Source of the DNA: Eledone cirrhosa
Lineage: Eukaryota
Length of the DNA stretch: 64,000 bases
Direction: 5' to 3'
Assembly (NCBI GenBank): GCA_964016885.1
Contig: OZ024742.1
Span: forward strand, 126,046,001 to 126,110,000
Under the pieces are notes generated by a model that saw nothing but the letters and a program-made list of their open reading frames with translations, was not told the DNA's origin and did no database searches. A program made the translations under genes and the position numbers. Shown here one piece after another: positions 39,721-53,134 of this stretch. How positions within the stretch are numbered: position 1 is the stretch's first letter; each line of letters starts with the position of its first letter.

Positions 39721-40012
39721 GTATAAACGTTTGTATATGTATAATAAAGCCAAAACAATGCAGGTATGGACATAGAATAAAGAATGCAAATGCAAAAGAT
39801 ATTGTTGACATATTGTTGATATAGTCTTTTACCTTAGATTTATTTAAATGTCCTTAATTTTCGAGATATCTCTTCTTCGGAGATTAAGGACATTTAAATA
39901 AATCTAAGGTAAAAGACTAATTGTCAACAATACCTTTTGCAATTGCATTCTTTATTCTATGTCCATACCTGCATTGTTTTGGTTTTATTATACATATACA
40001 AACGTTTATATA
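39721..40012. repeat. Foldback with arms of about 130 bp next to the Penelope element
   Basis: 39721-39858 is the reverse complement of about 39882-40012. Confidence 0.9.
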
Positions 40013-40949
40013 TATATATATACACACACAGACCCTTATCACTTTACCATCACTATTTATCACGCAAAAAGGAAAAGTTTCATATACAACGCAATATAGA
40101 CGGCCTTATATTTATATCGTTATAACCAACACTAAAGAAAATAAACTTAGTGCGAATAATGATAAATAATTTTTCAACCTAAACAAGAATTTTTTTCTTT
40201 CCATTGAATCCTGAAATTTCTACCATATTAGGAATTGCTGATTTAAAGGAAATGGGTTCTGGCCAAGATTTAACTGATCCACCGAGATCGATCAGGTTAA
40301 CGTTGTTGGGTACGGTCCCGTAACTCCTGATGGAGTCGTAAAGATCCCGTCTTGATATTTGAGATACAGCGTTTCTTGGGTATTTTAATTCTGACGGAGC
40401 CCATCTCCTAATCATACAGCAGATTTCTTCAAGAGAAGGATAGAAAATGAGACAAAGGAAATGAGAAAGACATATAGAGGAAGAATCGACTCCCGTACTA
40501 GATATTCAAGGACTTCGACCATTTCATTCTCCGAGCCCCAGACCGGTGCACCAGCTGAACCCCCTACATAGGCTGCTCTGGACTTAACTATAAGCTTAGC
40601 GCCACACAACCTCGGGGGGCCTCATTTTTTTTATACTTTTTATTTATTTTTTTTATGCAGCAAATAGAATAAATCAATTAATTAGTTAGTTAATACAAAC
40701 ATTTTGTAATTAATTTAATTTTGTAATCATTAATAAATAAAGTTAAAACAATGTTGTCTCTGATCGAGACGAAACGAATTTATTTGAATACATATAAAAA
40801 TGAGAAAACTCATTTCTAGAACAGCTGTTAAAACAACTAAATGCTGTCAAAGACAGCGATGGGAAAAAATGTCTCAGAAGACAGAGACCAGCGGCCAGTG
40901 GTCAATAGAGAGGCCTCATTTTTATATGCATTAATAAATATTTTGCAGG

Positions 40950-41450
40950 GAGGGAAAAAGTTAATGAAATCGACTCCAGTGCAGTACTGGTACTTAATTT
41001 TATCAACCCTGTAAAGATGAAAGGCAAAACTAACCACGGTGGGTTTCGAACTCATAATCATTAATAAATAATTGTTTCTACTTTTGGCACACAAAGCCAG
41101 CAATTACACAGTGCATTACTGGTACTTCATTTTACCGACCCCGTAACGATGAAAAGTAAAATTAACCTCGGCGGGATTTTAACTCAGAATGGAAAGGGCC
41201 GTAACTCTATGCATCAAAGCATGGCGTCCGACTCGCTACCTATACTGCCAATCCACATAAATAATTGTTTCTACTTTAGGCACAAGGCCAGCAACTACCC
41301 AGTACATTACTGGTACTTTATTTTATCGACCCCGTAAGGATGAAAGGCAAAGTTAACCTCGGCGGGATTTGAACTCAGACTGTAAAGGGACGTAACTATG
41401 CTAGAAAGCATGGCGTCCAACCCTCTACCGATACTGCCAATTCACCGCCA
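40950..41450 (-). mobile_element. Three tandem family-A SINEs
   Basis: Head-to-tail copies separated by ataaataatt. Confidence 0.85.
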
Positions 41451-41461
41451 CATAAATAATA

Positions 41462-41960
41462 TCTATATATTGATACGCTAATACCTACGTACCGTACGTG
41501 CGACCGTGTGTCACGCTTTCAGTAAAAAAATGGAAGTGGGGTGGTAAACAATCTACGACAATCTACGGCCAAAGAAAATCAAAGGGCGTTGCAACGTTTG
41601 GACAGGAGAGAGAGAGAGAGGGGGGGGGGTTATAATATATTTAGAGAAGGGGTTAAAATATAGAGAAAGGGATGGGTTATTATATATAGAGTGAGGGGGT
41701 TATACTATATTTAAAGAGAAGAGGAGTTTATAATATAGAGTAAGGGATGGGTTATAATATATTGAGAGAAGGGGGTTATAATATCGATAGAGGGTGTTAT
41801 AATATAGAGAAAGGAGAGTTAAAATATACATAGAAAGAGGGGTGTTATATATAGAGAGGGAGGTTTTAATAGAGAAGGGATGGGTTTATATATATAGACA
41901 GAGGGGGTTATAATATAGAGAGAGGTGATTATCCGTGAATTTTTTCACAGGTCCAGCTAG
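41462..41960 (+). mobile_element. Non-autonomous Helitron
   Basis: A|TCTATATA 5' end, subterminal hairpin ccgtgaa-tttt-ttcacagg, CTAG|T 3' end, and an internal purine-rich minisatellite. Confidence 0.8.
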
Positions 41961-41974
41961 TCATGTATAATTAT

Positions 41975-42855
41975 TTTAAATTTTATGCCTGCTTTACTAG
42001 CATGGGTTAGATAAGTTGTCACAGTCTAATACCAGATGGTGCTGAGTGCGTGACCTATCAAAGTGACCTATCTTATTTACATGTCCCATATTTGGTATTG
42101 TTTCTATGGCTGGATTGCATGCCCTTCTTAATGCCTACCACTTTACAGTAACTACTGGTTGTTTTGTTGTTTTTTGTGGCACCAATACTAACACTTTACA
42201 AAGTGTTTTGGATGCATTTTACTGTTGCACCAGCACTAGAAAGGTTGTTATATGCCCATTCATACTGAAGGGCTGTGGTCCTTTGTCATCTCTGAGCTTC
42301 AGAAATTAGAGATCAGCTCTCACAAGCTCTTCCTTTCCATGAGATTTGTTGGCAATTATTTACCCAACAATCATCATCCAAACACATTACAGAACCATAT
42401 CAGCACAGTTTTCTTTCCTGCATTGTTTCCCCATCACTGTAGCCTCCAGTCAATTACTACATTTACTTGTGACACAGTGCTTGTACAGGAGAGCGAGTCC
42501 CTTCAATTATGGCATATCGCCAGTCTGCTCAGTCCTGTGCCATCTTCATGAGATTCACAGTTCATTCTTCACAACTTTCTCCCATGTCTTTCTCGGTCTC
42601 CCTTATCCACATCAAGAACTCAGCACTTTTTATACAACTCTTTCTTTCTGTATGCATCACATAACCATACCAGTGCCACCATCTCTCTTGCACATAACAT
42701 TCAATTCCTTTTACATTCAGCTTTTCTTCCAGCTCACTTTTGCAGTTATTCACTCACACTATTACACATCCAGTGTAGGATGCATGTTAATCAGCTGCTG
42801 CAGGTCGTCTGCACTGAAGGTCCATGCATTGCTGCCATACAGCATAGCGATCTAG
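41975..42855 (-). mobile_element. Degraded RTE 3' fragment
   Basis: ELEEKLNVKGIECYVQERWWHWYGYVM. Confidence 0.7.
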
Positions 42856-43150
42856 ACTGAAACAAAGCTTTTTGTTCTCACTCAGGCTGTGACACATATA
42901 TGCACCCACATATATAGGTCTGTGACAACCCATGGAATAATGGAATAAATGATATGTATATCTAACATTGCTTACAACAGGATAACTCATCTAACCCTTG
43001 CGAGTATAGAAAAATGGACAATAAACGAGATGGTGATGATGATATATATATATATATATAATTGGTGTAGGATGCTTAAAGCGTCCGTAAGTGGTAGGCC
43101 GTTTCAGCACTCGATGCTCTTACAGAGCAGAGTATGATATCATATAAGAA

Positions 43151-43310
43151 ACACAGACACGTATATAATGTAAAATGAAATTAGAAGGCCCATATATATG
43201 TGTATGTGTGTATACATATGAGTGTATATATATATATATACACACACGCGCACACACACATATATATATGGGCCTTCCAATTTCATTTTACATTATATAC
43301 ATGTCTGTGT
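43151..43310. repeat. ~50-bp inverted repeat enclosing a microsatellite
   Basis: acacagacacgtatataatgtaaaatgaaattagaaggccc / gggccttccaatttcattttacattatatacatgtctgtgt. Confidence 0.85.
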
Positions 43311-44609
43311 ATATTTTAATTATTTAAAAATTATCTTTAAGTGAACATGATTTTTTTTTTTAACATTTTTAAGTGAACGTGGCCCAATGGATCACAGGTG
43401 GTCTAGTATATACATATAATTGCTAATAGATAGAACAGATGTTAAATGATATATATAATCATCATCAGTTAATGTCTGGTCTGTTTTCCTTGGAAAGGAA
43501 ATAGTTTATAAAACGCCCTGATTTATTTACCATTTGAACTAGTTTTGCTTGACATTTTTTTCATTTAGATTTTATCATAACCATTAAAACATTCAAGAGG
43601 TCAGTTAGACTTATGCATGTGTGAACCTTAACAATTACATCATCATCATCAGAATCAACACCATCATTTAATGTTTATTTTCCATGCTTGAATGGATTAG
43701 ACAGGTTGTCATCTTTTGAGACTGACTGGGTGATTTTTTTTGTGGCACCAACACTACCACATTAAGAAGTGAAAGTATTTTTATTGTGGCAACCTAACAT
43801 GGGAGGTATTGGCAGGAATGGAGTAGGGAGTCATACAGCCATCATCATAACATTTGTCATTGACACCATCTTCAACATCTGTAAATTCCAATCTTAACAT
43901 TGATTCTATCTGCTTTTCTAAGTAAATATAGGTTATTGAGGGGTTAGTTATAGAATAAGATTCCCTTTCTATCCATATATTTCAGGTCACAGCAACAAGA
44001 TGAGATTTGCCACCCTCAGTAGCAATAAAACTGTACCAGAGGCAGAATCATTAGAACAAAAGATGAAATACTTTGTGATATTTGTTCTGGCTCTCTACAC
44101 TCCGAGTTCAGACCACGCCAGTGTCAACTTTGCTTTTCATTCTTTTTGAGGGGTTGGTAAAATAAAGTGTGGAGGTGTGTGGCCTAGTGGTGATGGTGTT
44201 GGGCTTATAATCATAATGTTGAGAGTTCGATTCTTGGACTGGCTTGTATGTTGTGTTCTTGAACAAAATACTTCATTTCATGTTGCACCTGTATACTCAG
44301 CTGAAAATGAGTACCAGCAACAGCTGGGGGTTTAACACTGCAATGGACTGGCATCCTGTCCAGTGGGGAGTCATGTTCTCTTAGTCACTTATCACCATGG
44401 AAACCAGCCTGATGAGCCTCCAGACTTGAGACAGACTTTAGACTTTTTAGTAAAATAAAGTACTGATCGAGGGCAGTGGATTGGTGAAAATGATAGTGTC
44501 AGATGAGATGCTGTGGTACTTGTTCTAGATCTATGCTTTCTTGGCTCATTTTGGGTGAAGTTTATCATTGGCCCAGTTTAACACCACCAGCTGGCCCTTA
44601 CGTGCCTTT

Positions 44610-45743
44610 AGCTGAACCCACTCTCAGGGAAATGGCCTTGCTCAGTATGTAGGAAAGGTGTAGGTAAGAACTCCATTCTCTGCCTCAAATGCAAACAATA
44701 GGTACACAAGAGATGTAGCGGGATCTCAGGAAGCTTAATTAAGAATGTAGGCTTCACATGTAGCAGCTGTGCTGGGACAGCAAGTAGCAAACAGCCACAG
44801 GAAACAAGTACCACCAATTTCTGCGAGGGCTCTGTAGAAACAGTAGACAGCTTCTGCTACCTAGGTGACCGAATTAGCAGCGGAGGTGGGTGTTCAGAAA
44901 GTACAATAACTAGGGTAAAAACGAGATGGAAGAAGTTCAAGGAGCTACTGCCACTGCTAGCTGCAAAAGGCTTTTCCCTCAAAATGAAAGGCAGACTGTA
45001 TGATGCATGTATACGAACAACAATGTTACATGGTAGTGAGATCTGGGCGCTGAAGGTGGAAGACTTATGTAGACTAGAAAGAAACGAAGCCTGCATGCTC
45101 CGATGATGTATAATAGTAATATACGCGAACGGCAAAGCATAAATGAATTGAGAGAGAGACTGAGCATAAGAGGAATCAAATGCTGTGTGCCGGAGAGGCG
45201 GTTGCATTGGTATGGACATGTGATGCGTATGAAGGATGACAGCTGCATAAAAAGGTGCAGAGCACTAGAAGTCAATGGAAACCACGGTAGTGGGGAGATC
45301 CAAGAAGACCTGGGATGAGGTGATAAAAGCTGACCTTACCCAATTACACCTCTCAAAGGCGATGACACACGACCGTGACCTCTGGCATCACGCAGTAATA
45401 CAGAGTACCCGACCTCCCACGGGTACAAGCCAAAGCTGAAGCATATAGACAATATGCCCCCACACCCTCCCACTGCAAAGTGGTCGTGGAGGTGCCACGG
45501 CAAAAAAGCTCCCAGCCCATACTGTAAAGTGGACGTGTAGGCGCCACGGAAGAAAAAGCACCCAGCACTCACTGTAAATGAGGTTGGTGTTAGGAAGGGT
45601 ATCCAGCTGTAGAAATCAAGCCAGAATCAGTTCCTGTATGAGCAAGACAAGGTCAGCCGACCAGACACTGCCCACAACAGAACAACCCGTCTAACCCATG
45701 TTAGCGTGGAAGAACGGACGTAAAACGGTGATGATGATGATGA
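44610..45743 (+). mobile_element. RTE LINE 3' part
   Basis: WPCSVCRKGVGKNSILC, YLGD and RLHWYGHVMRM motifs; (GAT)n tail; contains stops. Confidence 0.92.
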
Positions 45744-46104
45744 AGACTCGGTTACAAGAATTCACAAGTTGAGTATACCTTTCTCCTTCCCTGAAAAAGG
45801 TTATGAGCACTGGCTGCCCTCTTTGTTTGCCTAAACATTAAAAGAAAATGTTATGGTTGTTTTACTTCAAAAAGAAGATGTTCTATTTGTTAAGAGCTCC
45901 CACAACATATGCTAAATTGATATAGATTTCTGAAATGCATAAAGCCACACATTTTCGGTAAAGGATATAGCCAATAAAATTGATCCTGTTACTTAACTTT
46001 TATTTGACCAACTCACTAAAGGATGAAGGCAAAATTGGCAGCAGCAAGTTTTGGACTCAGAATATAAAAGGCTGTAACTAAATACCACAAGAGAATGAAA
46101 GGCT

Positions 46105-46500
46105 GGCTGTAGGATGCCTGCGTATGTGATGTGCAATATTGCATGGCAGTGAGACATGGGCAATGAATGAAGAGAGTATGTAAAGGCTGGAAAGAAATGA
46201 AGCAAGCAGGCACCAAATCGATGTGCAATGTTAATATGCATGAATGTCCAAGAATGGATGAACTGAGAGAAAAGCTGGGTATAAAAGGAACCAGACATAA
46301 TGTGCATGAAAAAAATTGCAGATATGTATATGTGACGTGTATGGTTGATGATAATTGGGTAAAGAAGTACTAAGAAATCCCAGTGGAAGGAAGTTGCAGT
46401 AGAGGGAAACCAAAGAAAACTTGAGCAGAGGTTGTGAAAGCTGATCTCAAATTGCTGAAGCTCAGAGATGATGAAGGAATGCAATGCACAGTGCATCCAG
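46105..46500 (+). mobile_element. Degraded RTE fragment
   Basis: LHGSETW and DELREKLGIKG. Confidence 0.7.
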
Positions 46501-47325
46501 AATGCCAAATTTGGGAATAAATTCATATCTCTGCAAAGAATTGATGCAGAGAAATCATTTATAGCTCATTGGAAGCGTTTTAGGAAATTGCAACTGATGG
46601 AGTTAAAACTATTCAAAGAAAGCATCTAATTTTTAAGATATAACTTATTTCTTTTTCTGGCATTTACTGCAAAAATTGTTTAATAGTCATGATTTGTAGT
46701 TGGCAGAAAAATAAATGTATTAGATTTGTAAATTTTATCAATTACTTCATAGTGATGGTAGTGACATACTTAGAGAAGGAGTGTCTCTCTATGACACTCT
46801 TGACCTAACAGAAAAGACCTCATTTATATTATTGTGTTATTGCCCATTAGAATTATGGTGTGGTGCAGTCTGTCATTTATGCCATCAACACAAGCTGATG
46901 CAAATAATACTTAATTAATATCTGATGGATTCTAGATAACAAAGGATTATAATTCCTGCAAGCAACCATGGGAAAAATTAGTTGCTGGTGAGATATCATA
47001 TACTAGCAGTGAAAGGCAAGGTCAGTGCCATGAAAATATTATAAAAGCAGATTTGCATTGTTTTTCAGTCCTTTACTTCAAATTGAGATCGTGAGATTTT
47101 GCTCAAAAGAATTTGGGTGCTAGTAAATAAACATGGGTGAAGCTGGAAATCTACTGCAGTTTATTCAGCATACCAAGCAACAGTGCATTGAGCATATCAG
47201 GTCAACCACTGGAATGCTAATGGACTCACCCTGTGGAATAGGTGGGAACACCAATATGGGACTATTGGGACCGATTTTTTAGTTCGAAAAACTGCCAAAA
47301 TATATATTCTCTCATTTTGAACCAG

Positions 47326-47403
47326 GAAGACAAGGACAATTATGAAACATTCTCGTCTCTGACCAACGTTATGTTCCATGTCGCACAATCAGTGAATGAG
47401 AAG
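47326..47403 (+). CDS. Internal exon EDKDNYETFSSLTNVMFHVAQSVNEK, resembling the C-terminal helix of a RhoGEF DH domain
   Basis: ctctcattttgaaccag acceptor, AAG|gtaaag donor, 78 nt, phase 0-0. The M..VA..VNE pattern is typical of DH-domain ends. No partner exons found. Confidence 0.45.
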
Positions 47404-50254
47404 GTAAAGTCTGATGAGATAGGCTTCTCATGAGTGATTATAATTCCACCATTCCTTCAAATGTGTGCTCGTAGCTGGAGACTCTTTAAATGGAACAGTG
47501 GCAGTCAATTGTGAAATGGAGTAAAAATCCACTTGAAAGTTAGAACAAACACATTAGGTCATTCCAGAGTGGGGCAGTTGCAAGATCATACCAGCTTTCA
47601 ATAAAAGATAACATTCATGACATCTTCCGAAGGATGCTTATAATGTCTCATCTGGAAATTTTATCAAAAAGACCTCGCCCTAGATGCTCCATTTGTGGAG
47701 AAATAGACACAACTCGGTCACTCAAACATAAGTATGTTTTAGTTTCAACACAAGAAGAAAGCAAAATTGCCCCCATGTATTTTACATAGACATTTAGTAT
47801 GAGTGTATCGAGTATTGAACTTCTGGAGCACTAGAAAATGTTATGTTTGTATTAGTTTAAAAGTCTGTATTGATACATGCATTCAGTTTCAAAATGTATA
47901 ATCTTTTCTCTATATATGTATTGGTTACTGTAAAGCTTCTATATTATTTCTAAATGTCAATTATTGCTCAACATCAAGTCCCTATCATATAGTGACTATT
48001 CTAGATGGAGTTGCCTCTCTAATTTCATGATTTACACATGTGCTATTTTTTTCAGTCAACACAGTTTTCTTGATAACAGTGCCAAAAGCACCTGACTACT
48101 CTGAATTGGACACTGGGATAATAGAATGTCTCTAAATATCTATATTAAACATTTCAGCCCATTTGAGTATCATTGTATTGGGTACCATCAAACAAAAGTG
48201 TAGCTTAACACAAAACTATGTGTTATTTTCATGGGGAACAAATCTGTTGCAAGCTCCAACAAAGAATGCTCAAGTCAGCATAAAACTTCAGCTTTTAAGT
48301 CTATTTAGTTGAATTTTTGCTTGAAATTTCACCATAGCCAGAGGATTCAAGAAAGTATTAACTCTATAGGGTGAAATGATATGAATATTTTTAAATTCTG
48401 GTTTTCTGAAAACATTTTTAGAGCAAAAAATGGAATAATTTCATTACAACAAACTATTACATTTCTAAAAGTTGACTGCATTTTGTTAGACTTATTTAGA
48501 AAACTACACTTAGCAGGGTAAAATTATCTTTCAGAAAAGTGCCAGTTCAATCTCTGGTTTACTGGCTTTGATATTTTATGGCCTATTCATTTTGGGTGAT
48601 TTTTCAAGATATTTTCATAACTAATTGTTTGTGCAAATTACTAACTTTAAGTTATCATAAAATTCTAGACAATCTTTTTAGCTGTGACTTTTTGCTTCTG
48701 CCCCCCTGGAGGTCTTATTCAACAGAAAATTTGCAATAAACAATGACCGGAAAAACTTCAAAAAGTAATATTTTTCCACTCTGGGTGCACATTGCAATGA
48801 GTACAGGGATGATGTTTGTCCAACCCACGCAAGGATTAAAAACTAGACTTAAAATGATGGTGATGATGATTTGTTCATCACTTCTGCCTAATTAATACTG
48901 GTTTCTCAATATTTTAATTACAAACAAAGGGACTGCCACAATCTCTTGCTCTCTAAACCATAAATGTAACTGGATAAATGTAAATCTTGATATGTTTTTT
49001 ACCAGCCCAGATTAAGTTTCCATTTCAACTTGTTCTGCTTGATTGTGTTCCAGGCAGCCTGTCATACCAGATGGACTATTTAGCAATGATAAACATTTTT
49101 CATTTCAGTCTTATCATCATAATCCTCATCATTGAGAGGAAGGAGGACCCCTATCAGAGACATAATGAACAATGTAGTCTGAGATACATACCGTCCTCAT
49201 TTAACGTCCATTTTCCATGGTTGCATAGGTTAGATGGGTTGTCACATTATGAAAAGTCGAGTCTGTCACGCTCATATGAATCTGTATTTTGGCTGGATGC
49301 CTTTCCTAACACTAATCACCTTGTAGTGTGGATTGGGTGTTTTTATTGTGGTACCAAAACAACCACCTTACAGAGTGAACTGAGTGCTTTTTGTAGTGTC
49401 ACCAACATGACCACCTTACAGGGTGGACTAGGGGCTTTTTATCAGGTCACCAACACAACCACCTTACAAGATAGACTGGGTGTTTTCTGTTGTGTCACCA
49501 ACACAATTATATTACAAGATAGACTGGGTGCTTTTTGTCATGTCACCAACAATGCTTGATAAACCACAAGATAGTGATTGCTTGAATGTTTTAGTGCTGC
49601 CAGTGCTTGTACTTATTTTCTCAGTAGAGTGGACTGGAGCAATGTTAAAGGTAGTGTTTTGATCAAGGACACAGTGGTGGAAGGACATCATGCGAAACAA
49701 AGAGTCGGGAAGAAAACTTGCCAAACAAAGGGTTAAGAGGACTCTTCAGCTGTATCAAAGACATGACAACCTCCCTAGTGCTGATATCATGATAAAATGC
49801 ACTCAAGTAAGGTAGTAGAGGCCCACCAGTCTGTTTGAGCTCTAAATAAAGTGCATGAACACAAGTGAGATACAGGCTCCCAGCAGATCAGGTACTGACC
49901 TGCTGATAACTTGTCAAAACCTTGCTAGTAGACATTAAATGATATGATTCTGCAGTAAACCACATCATTGCTTTTACGTCCAATGTTCTACACTTGCATG
50001 GGTTGGACAGTTCCTTTTGAGCACAGCATCTCTTCACTTGTTGCATTCCTTCATTATCTCCTCTGTAAGTCTCAGAGATTTGAGATCAGCTATCACAAAC
50101 TCCAATTAGGTCTTCCTTGGTCTAACTCTACTGCATTTTCCTACCACTGGGATTTCCTGGCACTTCACCCAGCAATCATCATCCATGCACATCAAATATC
50201 CATTCCAGCAGTCTTCTCTCTTGCACACCACTTCGGATTCCTACACTACTACTT

Positions 50255-53120
50255 CTTCGCCCACTTATCCCTGAGAGGGACGTGGGGGCAGAATTCTCAA
50301 ACACTCCCCCAGCAGGTCCTGTCAGAAACAACCATCTCCAAGTGATCCAGCTGGATCTCACCAAGCATGAGCAGCCAAGCTCATGGATGTTATCCAACCA
50401 TCTTGCTCAGGGTCTACCGCTGGGTCTCCTACTTGTTGGTCTTGTCCATAAAATCTGTCCGACAATTCTTTCCCCGAGACATTCTAACCACATGCCCATA
50501 GTATCAGAGCTGTGATCTCTCAACTCCGTTACTCCAAAGACCCTTTGGAGCAATCCCATTTCGGCCGCTTGTAATCCCGATCGTATTCTTTCGGTCATTA
50601 CCCAAGATTCATAACCAAAGGTAAGGGCTGGAACAAAAACCGAATTGAAGATAGCGAGTTTGGCTTTTATGCGTACTTCCCTTCTGATTACTGAATGCAG
50701 AAGCTGGCGCATTACACACCAGCTTTTGCAATTCTTACACTTAATTCAGCCTCCTGCCTTCCATCACTTGTGAACATAGCCCCTAGATACTTGAACTTCT
50801 CTACCTGCTTCAGTGGAACTTCATTCACATGTAGCGTGCACTGCACAGGCTACCTTGAGAGGACGGGTGTCTCAGTTTCACAGCACAGATTTTCATTCCA
50901 GTCATGCAGCGCTCAGCATCAAACCAATCAAGTGCAAGTCGAAGATCATCTTCTGTCAAGTTGAGTAACACCATGTCGTCTGCAAATTCCAACCGACTGA
51001 TTTTACACAAGCCAGTCATGATTCCACTTCCAAATCAGCTGCGCATGTCAATCTGGTTCATATAAATAATGAACAAGAGAGATGACAGTATGCACCCTTG
51101 GCAGAGTCCAACCCCCAGATTGAATGGTTTTGATTTAGCACCATTTATCCGAATACAAATACTCAGGCAGTCATAAGCTGACCATCAATCCCATACTCCT
51201 GCACAGCCTTCCACAGCAGGTGCTGAGGAACACGGTCATATGCCTTTCTCAAGGTCAACAAAACAAGAATATACTTCTTGGTAATACTCCGTTTTCTCGA
51301 ATACCGGCCAGTGTGAATATTTGGTCGGCTGTACTACGTCCAGAGCAAAAACCACACTGTTCATCAGCTAGCTTGGACTCAACAATCTCCCTGCCAGACA
51401 CTTAGCATAGACTTTATAGGAGAGGCTTAACAAGGAGATCCCTCTGTAATTGGAATAATCTCTCATCTCCCTTTTTGAAAATTGGGATTATCACTCCCAA
51501 TTGCCATTGCTTAGGTGCCCTTCCAGAAATCAAGGACACCAGGCACACACAAGTCAGCCAGAGAATACCTTCTCTATTTAAGGCTTTTAACATCTCAGGC
51601 TGGATTTCATCTTCTCCAGTGGCTTTGCCACATTTGAGCTCTTTAACTGCTCCTGCAACCTCAGCCTCTGAGAGATTAGTCACCGCTCCCAGATGTACCT
51701 CATGTATATCTGAAGATGCTGTTTAGATCAGCAAAGTATTCTCTCCACCTCACGAGGATACACTTCTCTAAAGAGAGGAGAACCCCAGATGCATTTTTGA
51801 TAGTAAGTGTGAAAGAGGGCTTCTTCTTATGAAGTCGGTGGATGGTCTACCAGAACAATTTATTTGCTGATGCTCTGAAGTTAGATTCCAGCTTACCCCC
51901 AAAGTTCTCCCATGTCTTAACTTTGGATGCTGCGATTTTTCATGCCTGCTTGTACCGCATGTGCAAGGAGGAGGAATTATTTCCAAGCCAAGCTTTGTAA
52001 GCCTCCTCCTTTGCTTGGGTGGCATTTTTGACCTCTTGATTGAACCAAGGAATCTTCCTGCCATTCAGCACCACACCAAGCCTGTCGCCCACAGCATTTA
52101 ATAGTTGAAGCAGAAACTGCTGCGCTGAACAATCTCCACTCTGTCTTAATGTTCTCAATTTGCTCAACCACTCATTTCCACATCAGGTCGTCAGTACCAA
52201 CATTTGCATTGAAGTCTCCCATCAGGATATATGACTCAGTCTTAACTATATCTAACGCTGCAGTGACTTCATCAAGGAAGAATATGTATTTGAACTCCTT
52301 GTTTCATGCATAATCTTGCACCACCCACAGAGACCTATCTTTTAGACTAAGCTTCAAGAAGCAAATCCACTCTCCTAATGGCATCCAGACCATAACACTT
52401 TCTGACAGCCGGGGGCTTGCGAGTTTCCCCACTCCCACCTGTGCAGTCATTTCTGGCGCCATACCTGAATAGTGGAATTTTCATCCTCCATCGAAATTTA
52501 CAGTGTCTGAGCCACAGAACTTTGTTGAGGAAACCCCAACTATATCTAGCTGGTAGCATATAGCCTCCTTCACTAGTTCCTGAGCCTTACCTGTTAGGGT
52601 TGTGATGTTCCAGGTTCCAACTGTTACAGTTTGCTCCCTTCCGGACCCTCTTTGGGGTCTCAGGATATGCAACATTTTTGTATCCATCCCATGCCTCCCA
52701 GGACAGGTTACAGGCCCATCGCCAGATTTTGAGGCATGAAATGGAGAGTGCAATATATTTTTTGAACAGACCACTCAACCTAAGGTCTGGATTCGTCCCT
52801 TGTTAACCTGCGCGAATGACAGTGCGGTATGGTTTTTCTTTCTTTTCCTCACATATTGCAGTTTCAGTGGTCTTATTTGTGCCAGTCACCAATCTGGTAC
52901 TTTGTCAAACCTGCAAAGACTAGACTTATTTAGAGGAAGCCTTTACTCGCCTCGTCGTAACTACGTCACTGGGTTGTGAGAGTTTTCTTGGAAGCCACTG
53001 GTGTCACCCATTGCTCCATCTCCCCTTTGGTCTGGGATTGCTTATTTGTCAGGTAGTTGCTCGCTTATATCGCAACTAGCCATCATATCTGGTGGCCGTA
53101 TCGCTATCCGCCACATACGA
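50255..53120 (-). mobile_element. Near full-length but deleted and frameshifted RTE LINE
   Basis: 5'UTR, VGTWNITTL, GDFNA, GKATGEDEI, FADD and GYESW motifs; (GAA/GTA)n tail. Confidence 0.92.
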
Positions 53121-53134
53121 ACCTTTCTCTAACA

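Noticed and set aside
40180-40920. Possible hAT/Tip100 relic
   Set aside because: Only faint peptide resemblance, and no matching TIR or TSD pair.
44168-44240. tRNA gene
   Set aside because: SINE head with A/B boxes; no complete cloverleaf.
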